64,000 nucleotides of DNA from Oikopleura dioica (Eukaryota; Animalia; Chordata). Below the pieces are notes generated by a model. The model was not told where the DNA came from, did not search any database, and saw only the letters and a list, made by a program, of their open reading frames with translations. This document shows, one piece after another, positions 1 to 11,328 of this stretch (position 1 is the first letter of the stretch; every line of letters begins with the position of its first letter). Location of the stretch: NCBI GenBank assembly GCA_907165135.1, contig OU015569.1, forward strand, positions 1,054,001 to 1,118,000, in the 5' to 3' direction. Made by a program: the position numbers and the translations under genes.

Positions 1-627
1 AAGTCCGTCAATTAAAGGGTGAATATGCTACGTTTTTGCTCTCCGATTGCGCCGGTTTAATTGAGATCGAGAGTCGTGGTTTTTCGCAGTGGTGATTAAA
101 TACATAATGCGCACTAGTCACTCATTCGAGAATGATTTTTAGAAGTTCTAAATTCTTTAAAATTTGAAGTTCGAGAACGATAAACTTGTTTGAATGGCAG
201 CTTAGGAAGTAATGACGTCTTTAAAAGCCGGGAACACATAGCGCAAGGCCATTAAAATATCCATCCGCTGCCAGGGGGTTCTATAGAAAAGTAACGCTCT
301 TGCAGAACTTATGCAAGAGACATATGCAGAATGCAATAATTAATATATTAACCCTGCATTTTTAACATTCTCGGAGAAACAGCTTTGCTACCTCTGTAGG
401 GCAACAGTTAGTAATAGTCATTATCAGACTGAGATCATGTGAGCCGAATTTGACCTGAAGGGCGGTGAACTCGAGATGATAATTTAATCATAGAAGCACT
501 CTTTTTTCCGCTCACTTTTTCGATAATTCACGGAGGGGATAGCTACCAGCTCGAAATCATAGAAAAAGGTCACTAAGAATAACCACAAAAATAACTAAAA
601 GTTTATTTGAATGATGATGCTCATTGC

Positions 628-1555
628 TCAGTACATGTTTCCAAGACCAGTACAAGGTTTTCCGCTGGCGAAGAAGTCGTCCACGAATTCTTTGATTTTT
701 GGATTCTTGTTGATGATGTTTTCGGCTGTCTAGAATCAAAAGAATGTGAGCGAGACCTTAGATTTTTCATACCTTGAAAAGCTTGGGCGTAGCTTTCTCG
801 AAGTCGTAAGAAAAGTGCTTGTCCTTGGCGAAGATGTAGTACGAGACAACTTGAATGTCGACGAAGGTGAGCGCATCGCCAACGCAGAAGTTTTCGTTGG
901 TCTGAATGAGGCTCAGCACTTTATCGAAGTCGGCAGTTTTTTCCATCATCATCTTTTTGTAAGTTTCACTCATGACAGCGGCTCGTTTGTCTCTGTTCTC
1001 TGAAGATGTTTAAATTAGAAAAACGTGCCACGTGATCGCGCCAAGTTGCCAGTGAAAACAATCAGAAATCAAGTCAATCATCTACATCTAAACCCTTTAC
1101 CTTGTGTGTTATCGACGAGCTTGAAACTGTTTGGCTCGGTGGGAAATTGAGCGGCCACGGCGCCCATCAGCCCGACGGATACTTTTTGGCGGACATCGCT
1201 GATCGTTTCCAAAAGCATCTCTCCCTTTGCGTCGGTCAATGCGCACTTGCCAATGAGGCCCGCTTTAGTCGCGGCGTATCGCTCAATCGCCTTGGTTTGG
1301 CAGAGGGTGAAACCGTCCACTTCCAAAACTGGAAGCTGGTCAAGAGGAAGCCCGAGACCGGCTTTATCTTCATTCCACGTTTCAAAGGGGACGATCACAT
1401 CTTCAAAGTCGACGTTCGCCAGCTAAAATAGCCATTGTGAAAAAAATGAAACAAAAAAATAAAAAAAAAAGGTTTCGCAAAATTACCTTGAAAAGCAATT
1501 TGACGGTGCCTCCACGGCCGTAGCAGTCGAAATATTTAAAAACCAACTTGCTCAT
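628..1555 (-). CDS. Glutathione S-transferase (sigma/class-like), 4 exons: 1555-1487, 1422-1101, 999-773, 729-628
   Basis: Spliced translation MSKLVFKYFDCYGRGGTVKLLFK-LANVDFEDVIVPFETWNEDKAGLGLPLDQLPVLEVDGFTLCQTKAIERYAA...VGDALTFVDIQV...GNMY*; GST N-terminal YF..GR, QLPVLEVDG..L.Q..AI.RY and C-terminal GD.LT..D motifs; GT-AG introns keep frame; AATAAA on - strand at 602-607. Confidence 0.9.
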
Positions 1556-2085
1556 TTTTCCACGCCTCTCTCAACTGGTTGTCAGAAGTGAACTCCGGCA
1601 AAAGTAGGGGAGATAGAACATCCGAACTCGCAAATATTTACTGTCGATAAACATGATGAGTAGACAATGGAAGCTTCGTGAAATCAAGAAAAAAAAGATC
1701 AGAATCAGCATTAGTAGCTATGCATCAGTTTCCTGATGAAAGATTTCGGGAGAACATTCTTAATGTAGAATAATTCCTCACTTGTGGCCGCTCTTCGAGT
1801 AAAAGAAGCCGACCGCAGTTCCAGCCACAAATCAAAGTTCTATAAATTTACAAAAAGAAGCTTACTTCAGCACCAGCAATTACAATTACATCAAATTTGA
1901 TGAAGCTGTTTTCTCACGGGAGAAGGGTTGATTTGTCAACTGCGATTATCACTCGCCGGAGGACACGAGTTTCTCACGAGCTCGATTTGTCTAACTAATC
2001 GCGATAAAATACCGACTCAAGCCACCAAGAACTTCCGATTGAAAATATTCTCATATTTTTTTAGCGAGTTCAAATTCGGAGTTCA

Positions 2086-2320
2086 ATGTTAATTTGATAT
2101 AAAATAATATGATAAGAAGCACTTAATATTTATTATGTTGGCAATATAGAGTCTGAAATTCTGAATCTACTATTTTTCTTATTCTTAATTAATTATAATA
2201 TTCTGTATAATACCTATATAATTAAGATTAAGAAAAAATAATATAAATCTGATATTCAGACTCTATATTGCCACTTTAATAAATATTAATTGCTGCTAAT
2301 CATATTATTTTATTCAATAT
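2086..2320. mobile_element. AT-rich foldback element (MITE-like) with 9-bp flanking direct repeat
   Basis: Imperfect inverted arms of about 100 bp (ataaaataatatgat...ggcaatatagagtctgaa vs ttcagactctatattgcc...atcatattattttat); cggagttca at 2077-2085 and 2321-2329. Confidence 0.6.
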
Positions 2321-2398
2321 CGGAGTTCATTATTATAGAATTTACTATTATACTGTATTATACTGTATAATTTATACAGTATAATAGTAACGAAGTAG

Positions 2399-2599
2399 TC
2401 TAAATAGATATCTTTCATATATACTAACATACATAGAATTGTCACAATATAAGTCGGGGTATTTGTCCAGAATTAGAATCTAATTATTATTTATACTAAT
2501 AAAAATAAAATTATTAGATTCTAATTCTGAACAAATAACCCGACTTATATTGTGACAATTCTATGTATTTGAGTATATATGAAACATATCTACTTAGAT
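2399..2599. repeat. Near-perfect AT-rich inverted repeat (about 85-bp arms)
   Basis: tctaaatagatatctttcatatatactaacatacatagaattgtcacaatataagtcggggtatttgtccagaattagaatctaat matches the reverse complement of the distal arm with few mismatches; no clear TSD. Confidence 0.7.
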
Positions 2600-2716
2600 A
2601 TATACTTTAGGTCAATCATCAATCAAGTGATAACTTCATGAATCATGAAGATATCAAATTCAGATGAAAGTAACTTTAGAACTTGCAAAGTTTTCAATTT
2701 TGCTCGATTTTCGTAG

Positions 2717-3237
2717 TTTTTCGCGTGAGGAAGATCGCAGGTGACTCATCATCTTGGTCAGGTAAGAAGGTAGAGTCTTGTGGTGTTTGATACGGATCCG
2801 AAGTACGGTAGTTTCGTCAGGAGAAGGAAAGCGAGCTGCGCTCTCCGGGCTCGATGTCAGCAGATGTGTGGGCGGCACAAAAAATGCCCTCGCTGTTTCG
2901 ACCAGTCGCTTAGAACTCGTCGCCCTTGTTCCTGTTTCGTTGAGAATTTCTTCAAGAAAGGAGCTGAAGAAATCACCTGCGGCTGGGAAAAGAAATCAGT
3001 TCGCCCTCGTTCCCTCCGAGCCACTTCGCAACTGATTTCGACGCGTTTTCCGTTTTGCTTGGCGCCGCCGCTGTTTCGTTTTTTTTTAACTCCATTTTTT
3101 TACCTCAAGAGAAATTTCATTTATCGTCAATTATCAAGGTAAGGGCCCTTATCATCCTACAGAGAAGTACCGCATATGACCAGGATGAGGTGAATGCTTA
3201 CACTAAGAAAGACGAGAAATTTTTGAGCCGAATATAA
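2717..3237 (+). CDS. Possible small multi-exon gene, frame unresolved
   Basis: GC-richer segment with splice-like sites (tcgtag, tcag|gtaag, aag|gtaagg, ctacag); all three + frames are open around 2820-2910 and no domain is recognised. Confidence 0.2.
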
Positions 3238-3708
3238 TTTATAGAGAAGTTTTCATTTTTGTTTTTTTTTTATATTTGTGATTTCATTAATAGAAAACCT
3301 AACAATAATAGATGCGTTTGGGCACTCTCTCTCTGTCTAATTTCAGTGAAATAAGAGTGGGCAGGGGGCGCTAAAGATGTTCGCGCGCCCTGCCCCGGGG
3401 CGAGTGACTCCACTCGCGTGGGTTTTTAGCTGAGAAATCCGTCATTACAAATTATCCGATTTAGTTGGCTAACGAGCCGTTAGATTTCTAGAACACTCAT
3501 CCTGTGCTTTGTGAATAGGTTGATTAACTCTTTTTGATGTTGCAGAGAATAAGTCACGCTTACAAGAAAGGGCTTTACCGGTAAGTTAAGCCCTGGCGCA
3601 TTTCCGTTCTCGAAAGCGATGGTTTTTCTCCGGCTTAACAGCTTGTTTAGAAGGCTTTTCTTGTCCAACAAGAAAACACCGGTTACCCAGTAACCTGCTC
3701 GCTTCAAA

Positions 3709-6700
3709 ATGGGCGTGAAAGGACTGACACATTACTTGTGTCAAAGTACGATCGCTAGTCGAGATGTGGCGCTGGAATCCTTCGCCGCTGAGTACAAGAA
3801 GGCCAACAAGTAAGTTCAGTCTTTGCTTTTCTCGATTCTACAGACGTTTCAGACGGCCACCACTGCTGGTTTTCGACGGTGAATCCTTCTGGCACGTTCT
3901 TCACGGGAGCAACTTGCCCAAGCTCTTCGGCGGCCAGTTCATCCAGTTCCGCAAAAAAGCCGAGGACTTCTGCAAGCGTCTCACTCAACTGGGATTCAAG
4001 CTCGCCTTCATCTTCGGAAACTCGCCGATCTCGGCGGAAACGAAGGCCGAGGAACGCGGAAAACAAACCCTTCTTCATTTGACTTCTTTCTACCGACAGG
4101 TAAACATTTATCAAGCTTCCAATTTCAAGAGAGATTAACAAGTTCAGTGAGAAACAAAAAAAAAAGAGCTGGAGCCTGTTTGAGTAAGTAGCCTTCAATT
4201 ACTAATTTAGCTAATAATTACTATAACTAGCACGGTGGCCAGGGGATTACTAGCTACTCACTCCTTTGCCTGATCAAAAAAAACTGACTGTTGAATAACC
4301 CCCTCCGTAGTGAATTTTGATTTCCTCGGAATTCCGAACTCGCATCTTCCGAAATCGCTCCTCTCATTTAATATTGTTAATTTTCGGTGTTCTTGTTGTT
4401 GCTGCCTGTTTTTCGATTCGATTCTTAATGATTTTTTTTCTAGTTGAACGAAAGAAACCATGGTCTGCCACAGATCAACGAGATATGGCCTCCATGTCTT
4501 CGGAACGTTTTTCCGTATTATTTGCGCAGCATGCCAAACATCACCGTGCTCCAGTCGCTCATGGACAAAGACTTGTCAATCGCCTGCTACGCCAAGGAAG
4601 GATTCACTATCATATCATTTTGGAACGGAAAATACGGTGCTTTAGTTCGTTGGGAAGATGGTTACGTATTTTTTAATTCAAAAATACAACGATTAGGTTT
4701 ATCAGCCGTTGAGAATATTCGATTATTTATGGTAGAGAAACCCCGCATATTCAAGCCTTATTTCAACAATGAAGGTCTTAATTTTCATCTCATGATGTTT
4801 TTATATATTTTTATTACATAAATTAAACACGTGACAAATGAATTTTAAATTCGTTAAAATATGGAAAAATGGGGTATTCTTCGGATTTTAAGCACGTTAA
4901 GCTAGGCTGGTTCTATAAACAACACTTGAATACGATCCTAATCGCCTCTGAATCCGTACTCAGGAGCAAGAGGCTGCTGCCATCGTGTCCAACGATTCGG
5001 ACATGCTCATCTACGCCGTCTGCCCTGTTATGGTCGCCCGTGGCCTCGTAAGTATCACTCTCTTTAATCTTTACTCATTATTGATTCGCCCAAACAGCTT
5101 ATTTTCGAAATCACTGTCACGCTCTCGTATTAATCGCTTTATTAATACGGGCGAAGCAATTAACTGGTTGAAACCTCACGTTCCACCAGATGCACGTGTT
5201 CTTCTAAGGCGCACAATAAATATCTAACGTTTTTATAAAACAAACTTCTTCTCAGTCGCGCGTCGCAATTTGCACCTATATTTATGTTTTTGTTCCTAAA
5301 ATTAGACGACCTAAATTCTGATTAGACGAATGCCCGTAATCGCGTGGTGATGATGTACCCCGACGAGTTCTGTAAAGATGTCGGGCTCAGCAAGGAAAAG
5401 CTGCCTCTTCTTTCGGTCTATCTTGGCAACACAGAAACGCCGATCACTACTTCCGTGGTGGAAGCATCCGATGGAGTTATTCAGCGTAAGATCAGGGCTG
5501 GAGACCGCGGCAACGTCCAGGTAATCTCGTGACTCTTTCTGGACGACCATTTGACCTCTTTAGGATGCGATCGAATACGTGAAAAGCCTCGAGGTGCCGA
5601 TTTGCCTTTCCGAACTTGCTCAAGACATTTTTCAACAAGTCGACGAGGAAAATATCAAAGACGTTCGACTTTCACTTGGACGGTTTGGACATGAATATGT
5701 CGGATTGGGATTGATCGTGTTTTAGATACATTCTGAAAGGACGACAGTATCCATTTGATGTAAGCCCCATGTACAAGGTAGTACAAGGCAGCCCCATGAT
5801 CGAGCCAATTGAAAAATACGATGTTGACAAAAGCGAGAATCTTGAAGCGTTTCTTGAAAAGATCAAAAAGCCTGTTATCGAATGCGACATCATTCTCAAA
5901 GCAAAGGTAAGTTCGAGTTTGCGACCGTTTATATTGTTCTCTCGGCTTTCTTACGCAGTTTCCGAATAATACTGTATAATATTGTTTGGCTTAAAAAATA
6001 AGAAACATCTCTGCAGAAGTAGTGAAAATATTTTTAGGCTTGGCGTCGAGATTTCAACATCATGCACATGTCTTGGCCTTGCCCTGGTGCGGGGATTCCA
6101 TCTTCTGTGGAGCTTTACGGCCCGATATTTTCCGCTCACGCCACTCTTCTTGGCAAGAAGAAGCATCACATGATCATTCCTCGATTCGAGAATGAGCCAA
6201 TTCGCTTGGCCGACCCCGCGTTCAAGTAAGCCCCCGCTCTCCTGATTGTCACGCTTACCTTCAATTTTAGAAACATAACACTAAAACCGGCGAAGCTCTG
6301 CTTTCCGGACGGGACCAAGCTGCCAGACGCACACGAACTCTGGATTAGCCAGGACAAACGGATGCAGGTGATGGCGCTTATTACGATCTGGGAGGCGACG
6401 GATCTTGACTTTGAGGTAGGTCTTCCTTGATTTCGAAATGATTATCTGTGTTTTGCAGACTCTCATGACGATGGTGCCTGCTACTCTCACTTTCTTGCTC
6501 GTCCTTCACTGGGTTCGACGAAAATGTAACATGGAAGACTGGGAGATTTACGCTTTTTTGGCGACTCATGTGCGCATGCGCCACTTCACCTGTGACCAGA
6601 TTTGGAGAATGGACGATATCATGGTTGCCAAAGGTAAACAGCGGTTTAGGTCTTTACTTTCTTTACCAATAAGCTCAGGCATCACCACGCGATCGATTGT

Positions 6701-9700
6701 ATTGGCGAATGTTTTCTCCAAACTCATGGGTCGTTTTCTCTGGATGGTTGCTCTTTGTGGCTCACCCTTCAAGACCGTGGACCTTCTTCCCGACTTGATG
6801 TTCGACGGAATGATCTTCCAGAAAAAGTACGAGCAGGCACGCTTGTCCAGCCAACATGAAAAGGGATTCCAAATGACAAGGATTCTTGATGCAGTTTGCA
6901 ACCACGCCATAATGGACTCTCGGCGCGATCGCGACCGCGTGATGAAACTTTTTGGAATACTCAGCGGACACAGAGTGATTGAAGTTCTCAATACTGACAA
7001 CGACAGGTGAAAATTATCATGTTACATCTCCTAACTTTTCGAAAAGATGCAATCCAATTGCTGTTGTCCAGATGAACCAGGAATATGAACCAAACTGGTA
7101 CGAAGCATGGACGGGTAACGCTACCAAGCGCTTCGAGGCGTACGAAAAGGAAAAGGAAGAGAAGGGTATCAAGAGCAAAAAGCCGTCAAAGAGCCAGTAC
7201 AAGTACAGAGAGCGCGACCATTCCATCAGCCCAACCGACGATCTTCATGAGCCCCACAATGGCAGCCACTCCAATGGCATCTCTCCATTGCCTCCAAGCC
7301 TCCCTCCATTTGTTCCCAACAGTTTCGTCAATAGCCACTCCAACCGCCCAGCGATTTCACCTCCATCAATCAACCGTCCTGATTATCAAATGGCTCGACA
7401 AGAAGATCCTTTCGGCAACGCCGTCTCTCCCTCAGTCGATTCTCCTTCGAATGGAAGCGTGACGCCAGAATTTTCACCACCGCTTTGTGCTCCTTCCGAA
7501 CCAATGCGTCAGAGCAAAGGTCGAGAACATGGCCCATGGGGCCCCCCTCTCCCTCAGTACAATCATATTCCCGACGGCAACAAAAATGGCAAGGTAATCC
7601 CTCATCATCTCACGGCCTCAGAACGAGCTAGTCAACTTCATGCTCATCAACACGCTTTGCCACCTAACACACCAAAAGTTTTTCACCCAGTGGGACCAGG
7701 GTGCGGTGCGCCAGACTCATTCGTGGTCACACCGGAGTTTGTCGACCCTGCTGCATGGCCGGACATGCCTCCTTATCCCTTTGAGGAGCAGCAGGAGGAA
7801 GGCATGCCCCAAGCATACTATAGCCCAATGGTCCGAACTGCATCTAAAAATTCCAAGGGCACTGTCATTCACAAAACACTCACTCCATATGAATACACGG
7901 ATAGGTTAGATCACAAAAACATAACATTAAAGCCAAATCAGTTCAGTGGCATTCACAATAGAAACTTGGAGCAACTCGCTCGCCACAATTGCATGATTCC
8001 TGCCGATACGAAGCGTCCATTTTATGAAAATTTCGCTCACAATAGATTAAAGAGGCACAGCCATGTACAAAACACCGTACAGAGCAATGTCCGTGCTCCA
8101 TCCGAATGCGCATCTGACTCTAATGGAAGCAACGTAAGTTCACAACGCATTGTACAAGTACAATATGTGTAGGATAGCGAAAACAGAGTAGATGTATTCG
8201 AACAAAACATGCAGAGATGAAAAATGTTTTAGGCCACTGACGATCCCGGTTATGCGACCATGACCAACTTCAGCCGCACTAACTCTTCCGTACGCGGAAG
8301 CAATCTCTCCGATCGTTCTTTCCCCGCCTCCATGCACAACAACAACAACGTTCGCAAATCAAACTCGGAGGTCCTTTCTTTCTCTGCTGCGATTTCCAGC
8401 AAATGCAACAGCTCATCCTACGAGTCGACCAGCACTTCAGTAAGTTAAGGGGCGGGTCGACGAGAATCAGAATTTTTAAACCAATTTTCCCGAAAAACCC
8501 GATTCTGTAAATATATTTTGACTTATCACGTGAGAACAGAAGGGTATTTAGAAGACAGCGGCAACGAGTTTCACGAGTTTTCGCAGGAATTTCGTACACT
8601 TCTTTACCAAATGTGACAGAAAAAAAATGGCGAAAAATCGGAAAATTGCCAAAATTGCAATTTGAGGTCCACTTTGAGACACGATTACGCCCATTTTGTC
8701 TGGTCAAATTTTTTTCTAGTTTTCGCCGCTGTATTTTTCGAACCCTTTTCTAGTCACCTGACCAATCAGAATTTTTCATTCAAAGTTGGTTTTTCCTGAA
8801 TTTTGGTTGAAAAAATCCCGATTCTCGTCGACCCCCCCCTTAAGTTCTTAAATACCACATAAAGTCATATTTTTAGGCTTCGGACCCCGAGGATAAGGTT
8901 GACTTCGATGACGACGAGGACGAGGAGGAGGAAGAGCCACCAAGACCCATGAGTAAGCTGGAAAAATTAGCCATGCGATCTCATCAAGGATCGTCCGATT
9001 GGGGCGAAGATAAAATGAGCTGGGGAGGCATCAAACAACTTCAGAAGACGTGGCAAAAGCAAAAAGAAGTCGAAGAAGATGAAGACGATATTCCAAGTGA
9101 CGCGCGGTTAGTTTAGTGGATATTTCTTAAAATAACTTCTTACTCAGGGAGCTTCATGAAAGAACCAAGTGGATGGCAGAGGTGAAAGCTAAAATGGAAG
9201 CAAAGCTGGAGGCGAAAAGACAAGATGACAGAAGACAGAAGCTTCTCGAGCAGAAACTTCTCGAGGAGAAAGCCAGAAAAGAAGAGTGGATGAGACAGAG
9301 ACAAATGATTGACTCCAATCATTGGTCTGATTCAGTTCGACACGTGTAAGTTCTTGAGCTCCTATTTGAAAAGGGATGGATCATGTTTTTTAGAGTCGAC
9401 CCCCGCCCTCGAGAAATCCGACAAATGCGATCAGCAGCCGGACTGAACTTCTTCGTAAAGAACAGTGAAGAGGGGCCATTTAATGGAGCAGGCGATGACA
9501 GCGATCGCGTGTGGCAAAGGAAGGGTTAACATGCTAGATTTTTGTGACTTTATTTCGCGACATCGTTAACCCAACTTAGCGCACCCGAGCCTGAACAGGA
9601 GTTTGTCCGGCCAGACTACGATATGCGTCGACTAGTGAAGGAGTCCTCCAAATCCGAGAAGTTCTCATACGCCCAGGTATAGAAGTGCATTTATTATATT

Positions 9701-10928
9701 TATTTATTCAACCATTTATCAAATCATCCATTTAACTCAAGATTTTCGAGGCCAAGAGGGGCGCCGGGAAAAGATAAATTTGTTAAATGGTTTACGCATG
9801 AATGAGGGAGTGTTAATGTTTGTCCTCATAGGCTGCAGGCGCTTCTAAGGAAGATAAGTCAAAAAACAAGCCCGGAGAACGGGCAGCATCATTTACGCTT
9901 CGTAACGAGGCACGAGAGTTCATCCCACGATGTCAGTCCGCGAGTTCGCAGGCTGACACAACCGATAGCGAATTCGACGGTTATCAGGTACAGCTCGTAA
10001 ACGCTAACTCAAGAATAGATAATTTTACTTATGCTGGTGCGCCCTTGCTTCGTTGATTTCTGCGAGAGCTCTCATATCTCAGACTTTGTTTTAGACATCG
10101 TCAGACATTCAACTGCCTTACAGAGGCCAAGGCTTCGGCAGTGCCCTCGCAGCAGCATACGGAGCTTACGGATACCCCCGCACCTCTATGGGCTACGGAA
10201 TTTCTCGATTCGCAGGTCGCTCGCGTTCGGGCAAGATGACGGTAAGGGTCTTTTCACGTGCTCGCAGTGCAGCTACACCTTCTAGGTTCCAATTTATTAC
10301 CACGATCCCGACCAGGGCTGGATGTACGGCTACGGAGAGCCACAAATTCCACGTGGCAAGGTAACATCTTTCCGAAAGTATACAAAAAACAACTAACACT
10401 GCTGCCTTTTAAAATTGATTCATCATCATTAACACTGATTACGAAATCCATTCAGCACTCAAGACAGAACTCTCAAGAGAGCAATCCTGACATAAATTCT
10501 AATGAAGTTGAGCCACAGGTTTCAAACAAAAAACTACTCCCAAGTCGAAACCGGACTTTTATTTCTAGCAAATGGGTGACTGCTTGCCTCCTGTCACCAG
10601 CGCCAGCTCCCGACGAGCAATGCTCGAAAACATGGGCATGGCAAGGGTGGTTTCTTACAATCCAGCGGAATTTATTTTTTTTTAATCCTGTGGAACTTGT
10701 AAAAACCAAACCAGTGTTCCACCAGGATATCCGTCCGGCTACGCCATGATGCCGCCAGTTAGCCGCGCAGCAGCTTCTCGACTTGTTCAACCGCCAACTT
10801 CTCATCATCTCATGCGATTTTGTCTCGGTAAACCTTTATTAACAGTCTCTTTTTAACCGTTCCTCTTTTCAGTTCCCAACAATCCTTACATGTCGAATTA
10901 CAAGATCCACACATCTGGACCCAACTGA
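3709..10928 (+). CDS. FAM120B: FAM120-family (constitutive coactivator of PPAR-gamma-like; PIN/XPG-like fold) protein with long Pro/Ser-rich and acidic C-terminal extension; about 19 exons
   Basis: MGVKGL start; LLVFDGES; GGQF; DKDLSIACYAK-EQEAAAIVSNDSDMLIYAVCP (cf. EADYEVASYG...ILGEDTDYLIYDTCP); FCKDVGLSKEKLPLLSVYLGN; LCGSPFKTVDLLPDLMFDGMIFQKKY (cf. ACGFPWKTSDFMPWNVFDGKLFHQKY). The frame continues through a 40-bp intron into the 7047-8132 Pro-rich exon and on to TGA 10926-10928. Paralogue assignment (A/B/C) and fusion of the tail exons are less certain than the family call. Confidence 0.8.
8449..8839. mobile_element. TTAA-TSD, GG-ended MITE (Kolobok-like) in a FAM120 intron
   Basis: TTAA at 8445-8448 and 8840-8843; TIR ggggcgggtcgacgagaatcagaattttt vs aaaaatcccgattctcgtcgacccccccc. 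Confidence 0.8.
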
Positions 10929-11328
10929 AGCATAACTTACTAACTCAACACTATTATAATAATATACAGTAATAGCACCTTTACCAACTACTGTCCTTTC
11001 CCTCTTAGGTGACGTTTCCTACAATTCAAAATATTTCTCTTCTCTGTACATATTTATAACTCGCTAAATCGCATTTAGAGCCACATCATTACCATTTATT
11101 CATGCTTGATTACGAATTAAATATTGTTTAATAACTTAACGCTTTGTCATGTCTTTTGCATTTGAAAAAATGAGCTCTTCTTTGGTAAGAGTCACGCATT
11201 CGCTTGATCCAGTTAAGACGAACAGTTCAGATAATTATCATTGTCCAAGAACCTTTTCATTTGCGAAATCCTCACATATTTCACAATCTCCCTTTTCTGA
11301 AAATTTCTTGTTTCAGAACGTAAATCTA

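Noticed and set aside
3355-3492. GC-rich hairpins and a hairpin followed by CTAG upstream of FAM120 (Helitron 3' end or ncRNA?)
   Set aside because: CTAG is followed by A rather than T, no 5' TC end was found and no known RNA family motif is visible; could be promoter sequence.
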